Positions 1-1,458 of a stretch of DNA of 1,458 nucleotides are shown here, one piece after another. The DNA lies in sequence record AH003347.2; one strand, 5' to 3'. The notes below the pieces were generated by a model. The model saw only the letters and a list, made by a program, of their open reading frames with translations. It did no database searches and was not told where the DNA came from. A program made the position numbers and the translations under genes. Within the stretch, counting starts at the first letter, position 1. Each line of letters starts with the position of its first letter. Source of the DNA: Escherichia phage T4.

Positions 1-29
1 GAATTCATGTGTAAAAAATTTGACTAAGT

Positions 30-33
30 GAGG
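30..33 (+). promoter_or_regulatory. Shine-Dalgarno (GAGG) for the imm-like ORF, 5-nt spacer to ATG at 39
   Basis: Sequence gtGAGGaaaacATG read directly; purine-rich core at optimal spacing from the start codon. Confidence 0.7.
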
Positions 34-38
34 AAAAC

Positions 39-347
39 ATGGAAACTTTAGTAGCAGGTTCAATTTTTATGGTTTTAGTTTCAGGCGTGTTGGCTATTAT
101 TATATACATGCTTCCATGGTTTATCGCCTTGATGCGTGGGTCAAAATCGACAGTAGGAATCTTTTTCGCATCTTTACTGTTTAACTGGTCAATTATTGGT
201 TGGTTTATTACATTTATTTGGTCAATTGCAGGTGAAACTAAAAGTCATGCGCACGCAAATCAGGTAATTATCATCAGAGAGAGGATGAAAGCAAATTATA
301 GCAGCATTGCTTTTAATCTTGATGATTATATTAAGTATATACTATAG
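39..347 (+). CDS. imm: Superinfection immunity protein (Imm-like small inner-membrane protein), 102 codons as drawn
   Basis: ORF with good SD; translation has two long hydrophobic segments (SIFMVLVSGVLAIIIYMLPWFIALM and VGIFFASLLFNWSIIGWFITFIWSIAG) and a charged C-terminal tail. The LPWFIA..RG...NWSIIGW pattern and the position immediately upstream of gene 42 match T4 imm. The start is uncertain: in-frame ATGs at 69 and 108 would give 92 or 79 aa, and T4 Imm is, from memory, about 83 aa. Confidence 0.78.
   Translation: METLVAGSIFMVLVSGVLAIIIYMLPWFIALMRGSKSTVGIFFASLLFNWSIIGWFITFIWSIAGETKSHAHANQVIIIRERMKANYSSIAFNLDDYIKYIL
306..341 (+). promoter_or_regulatory. Candidate T4 middle (MotA-dependent) promoter: MotA-box-like aTTGCTTTt (306..314), 12-nt spacer, -10-like TATATT (327..332); predicted start near 339..341
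   Basis: Read from sequence. The MotA box consensus (a/t)(a/t)TGCTT(t/c)A, centred near -30 and 11-13 bp upstream of a sigma70 -10, is established knowledge. The match here is imperfect (T where the final A is expected) and the region is AT-rich, so a chance match is possible. Confidence 0.28.
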
Positions 348-407
348 TGTAACAGTTCCTCTTATGATTCCAACTATTATTTTAGGTTGGAGTTTATTAC
401 TGTTACA
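348..407 (+). repeat. Nested inverted repeat / predicted RNA stem-loop in the imm-42 spacer: outer 9-bp perfect stem 348..356 (TGTAACAGT) with 399..407 (ACTGTTACA); inner hairpin 369..374 (TCCAAC) with 386..391 (GTTGGA), extendable to 366..394 with G-U pairs
   Basis: Reverse-complement matches verified base by base from the sequence. Function is unknown; there is no GC-rich stem or U-tract, so it is not a canonical intrinsic terminator. Confidence 0.6.
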
Positions 408-430
408 AGTTAAATATGAATGTATCAATT

Positions 431-434
431 GAGG
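431..434 (+). promoter_or_regulatory. Shine-Dalgarno (GAGG) for gene 42, 5-nt spacer to ATG at 440
   Basis: Sequence ttGAGGtttaaATG read directly. Confidence 0.7.
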
Positions 435-439
435 TTTAA

Positions 440-1169
440 ATGATTAGTGACTCTATGACAGTTGAAGAAATCCGTCTTCATTTGGGGCTTGCATTAAAAG
501 AAAAAGATTTCGTAGTTGATAAAACAGGTGTTAAAACTATTGAAATTATTGGCGCATCATTTGTAGCAGATGAACCGTTTATTTTTGGCGCTCTTAATGA
601 TGAATACATTCAGCGTGAACTTGAATGGTATAAATCTAAAAGCTTGTTCGTTAAAGATATTCCGGGTGAAACACCGAAGATTTGGCAACAAGTAGCATCT
701 TCTAAAGGTGAAATTAACTCGAATTATGGTTGGGCTATCTGGTCAGAAGATAACTATGCTCAGTATGACATGTGTTTAGCTGAACTTGGTCAAAATCCTG
801 ATTCTCGACGTGGTATCATGATTTATACTCGTCCATCTATGCAGTTTGACTATAATAAAGATGGTATGTCAGATTTCATGTGCACGAATACAGTACAATA
901 CCTGATTCGTGACAAGAAAATCAATGCGCTTGTTAACATGCGCTCAAATGACGTGGTCTTCGGATTCCGTAATGATTATGCATGGCAAAAATACGTATTN
1001 NNNNNNNNNNNNNNNNNNNNNNNNNNNNNNNNNNNNNNNNNNNNNNNNNNNNNNNNNNNNNNNNNNNNNNNNNNNNNNNNNNNNNNNNNNNNNNNNNNNG
1101 GTTGATCATTGGTGGAAAACTGGCGAAACACATATTTCGAAAAAAGATTATGTAGGAAAATACGCTTAA
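440..1169 (+). CDS. 42: dCMP hydroxymethylase (deoxycytidylate 5-hydroxymethyltransferase), thymidylate-synthase-fold enzyme; CDS interrupted by the N-run 1000..1099
   Basis: N-terminal 186 aa (MISDSMTVEEIRLHLGLALKEKDF...AWQKYV) and C-terminal 22 aa (VDHWWKTGETHISKKDYVGKYA, stop TAA 1167..1169) match T4 gp42 as I recall it. Residues known to be catalytic in T4 dCMP hydroxymethylase are present at the expected positions: Glu60 (QRE), Cys148 (FMCTN, codon TGC 881..883) and Asp179 (RNDY, codon GAT 974..976). The two halves sit in different frames only because of the N-run. Confidence 0.93.
1000..1099. other. Run of 100 N: masked or unsequenced gap inside gene 42
   Basis: Literal n characters. 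Flanking codons show the true length must be a multiple of 3, so 100 is a placeholder and not the real length. Confidence 0.95.
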
Positions 1170-1183
1170 TCGTTTAACATAAA

Positions 1184-1187
1184 AGGA
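1184..1187 (+). promoter_or_regulatory. Shine-Dalgarno (AGGA) for beta-glucosyltransferase, 5-nt spacer to ATG at 1193
   Basis: Sequence aaAGGAataatATG read directly. Confidence 0.65.
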
Positions 1188-1192
1188 ATAAT

Positions 1193-1458
1193 ATGAAAAT
1201 TGCTATAATTAATATGGGTAATAATGTTATTAATTTTAAAACTGTTCCATCTTCTGAAACTATTTATCTTTTTAAAGTTATTTCTGAAATGGGTCTTAAT
1301 GTCGACATTATTTCTCTTAAAAATGGTGTTTACACTAAATCTTTTGATGAAGTAGATGTTAATGATTATGACCGTTTGATAGTTGTTAATTCTTCTATTA
1401 ACTTTTTTGGCGGTAAACCTAATTTAGCAATTTTATCTGCGCAAAATTTATGGCAAAA
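1193..1458 (+). CDS. bgt: DNA beta-glucosyltransferase (glucosyl-hmC transferase), 5' partial: 88 codons, continues past window end
   Basis: My own translation, MKIAIINMGNNVINFKTVPSSETIYLFKVISEMGLNVDIISLKNGVYTKSFDEVDVNDYDRLIVVNSSINFFGGKPNLAILSAQNLWQ, matches the N-terminus of T4 beta-glucosyltransferase as I recall it. No stop before the window end. The gene lies directly downstream of gene 42, as in T4. The supplied ORF track does not list it, which is expected if the track reports only ORFs that reach a stop. Confidence 0.92.
   Translation, partial: MKIAIINMGNNVINFKTVPSSETIYLFKVISEMGLNVDIISLKNGVYTKSFDEVDVNDYDRLIVVNSSINFFGGKPNLAILSAQNLWQ

Noticed and set aside
20-25. TTGACT, a near-consensus sigma70 -35 hexamer just upstream of imm
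   Set aside because: No acceptable -10 hexamer lies 16-18 bp downstream before the ATG at 39, since the corresponding positions fall inside the coding sequence. Likely a chance match in AT-rich DNA.
348-407. Intergenic hairpin as a rho-independent terminator for imm
   Set aside because: The stem is AT-rich with few G-C pairs, and it is followed by AAGTTAAATATG, not a U-tract.
933-1133. 66-aa minus-strand ORF spanning the N-run
   Set aside because: It exists only because N codons cannot be stops. It lies antisense to a well-supported gene and has no SD. The minus strand otherwise has no long ORFs.
909-1169. 86-aa plus-strand ORF in the supplied track (MTRKSMRLLTCAQ...X-run...VDHWWKTGETHISKKDYVGKYA)
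   Set aside because: It is an artefact of reading through the N-run. Its post-gap portion is the genuine C-terminus of gene 42, and its pre-gap portion is an out-of-frame reading of gene 42.
1162-1194. MotA-box-like CGCTTAA (1163..1169) with TAATAT (1189..1194) as a possible promoter for beta-gt
   Set aside because: The box deviates from the TGCTT core, and the implied transcription start would lie at or after the beta-gt ATG, so it could not produce a translatable beta-gt mRNA.
1204-1209. TATAAT hexamer inside beta-gt and other TATA-like strings; also searched for the T4 late promoter TATAAATA
   Set aside because: These are expected by chance in AT-rich coding sequence. No exact TATAAATA was found on either strand.
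1-1458. CRISPR arrays, tandem repeats, tRNA/ncRNA genes, transposon ends
   Set aside because: No direct repeats with spacers, no cloverleaf-compatible segments and no terminal inverted repeats were seen. The window is almost fully accounted for by three protein-coding genes.

Overview
This window is a collinear, plus-strand block of three T4-type (T-even) phage genes, and I do not see a previously undescribed system in it. The genes are: (1) a small two-helix membrane protein that matches the superinfection-immunity protein Imm (39..347); (2) dCMP hydroxymethylase, gene 42 (440..1169), interrupted by a 100-nt run of N (1000..1099); (3) the 5' part of DNA beta-glucosyltransferase (1193..>1458), running off the window. 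Together they form the classic hydroxymethylcytosine-plus-glucosylation anti-restriction module. Each gene has a GAGG/AGGA Shine-Dalgarno 5 nt upstream of its ATG, and the DNA is AT-rich as expected for T-even phage. Features not explained by the CDS calls are: a nested inverted repeat in the imm-42 spacer, a 22-codon hydrophobic mini-ORF inside that repeat, a possible MotA-type middle promoter in the 3' end of imm, and the N-gap, whose length is not frame-compatible with the flanking coding sequence. No minus-strand genes, RNA genes, CRISPR arrays or mobile elements are supported.
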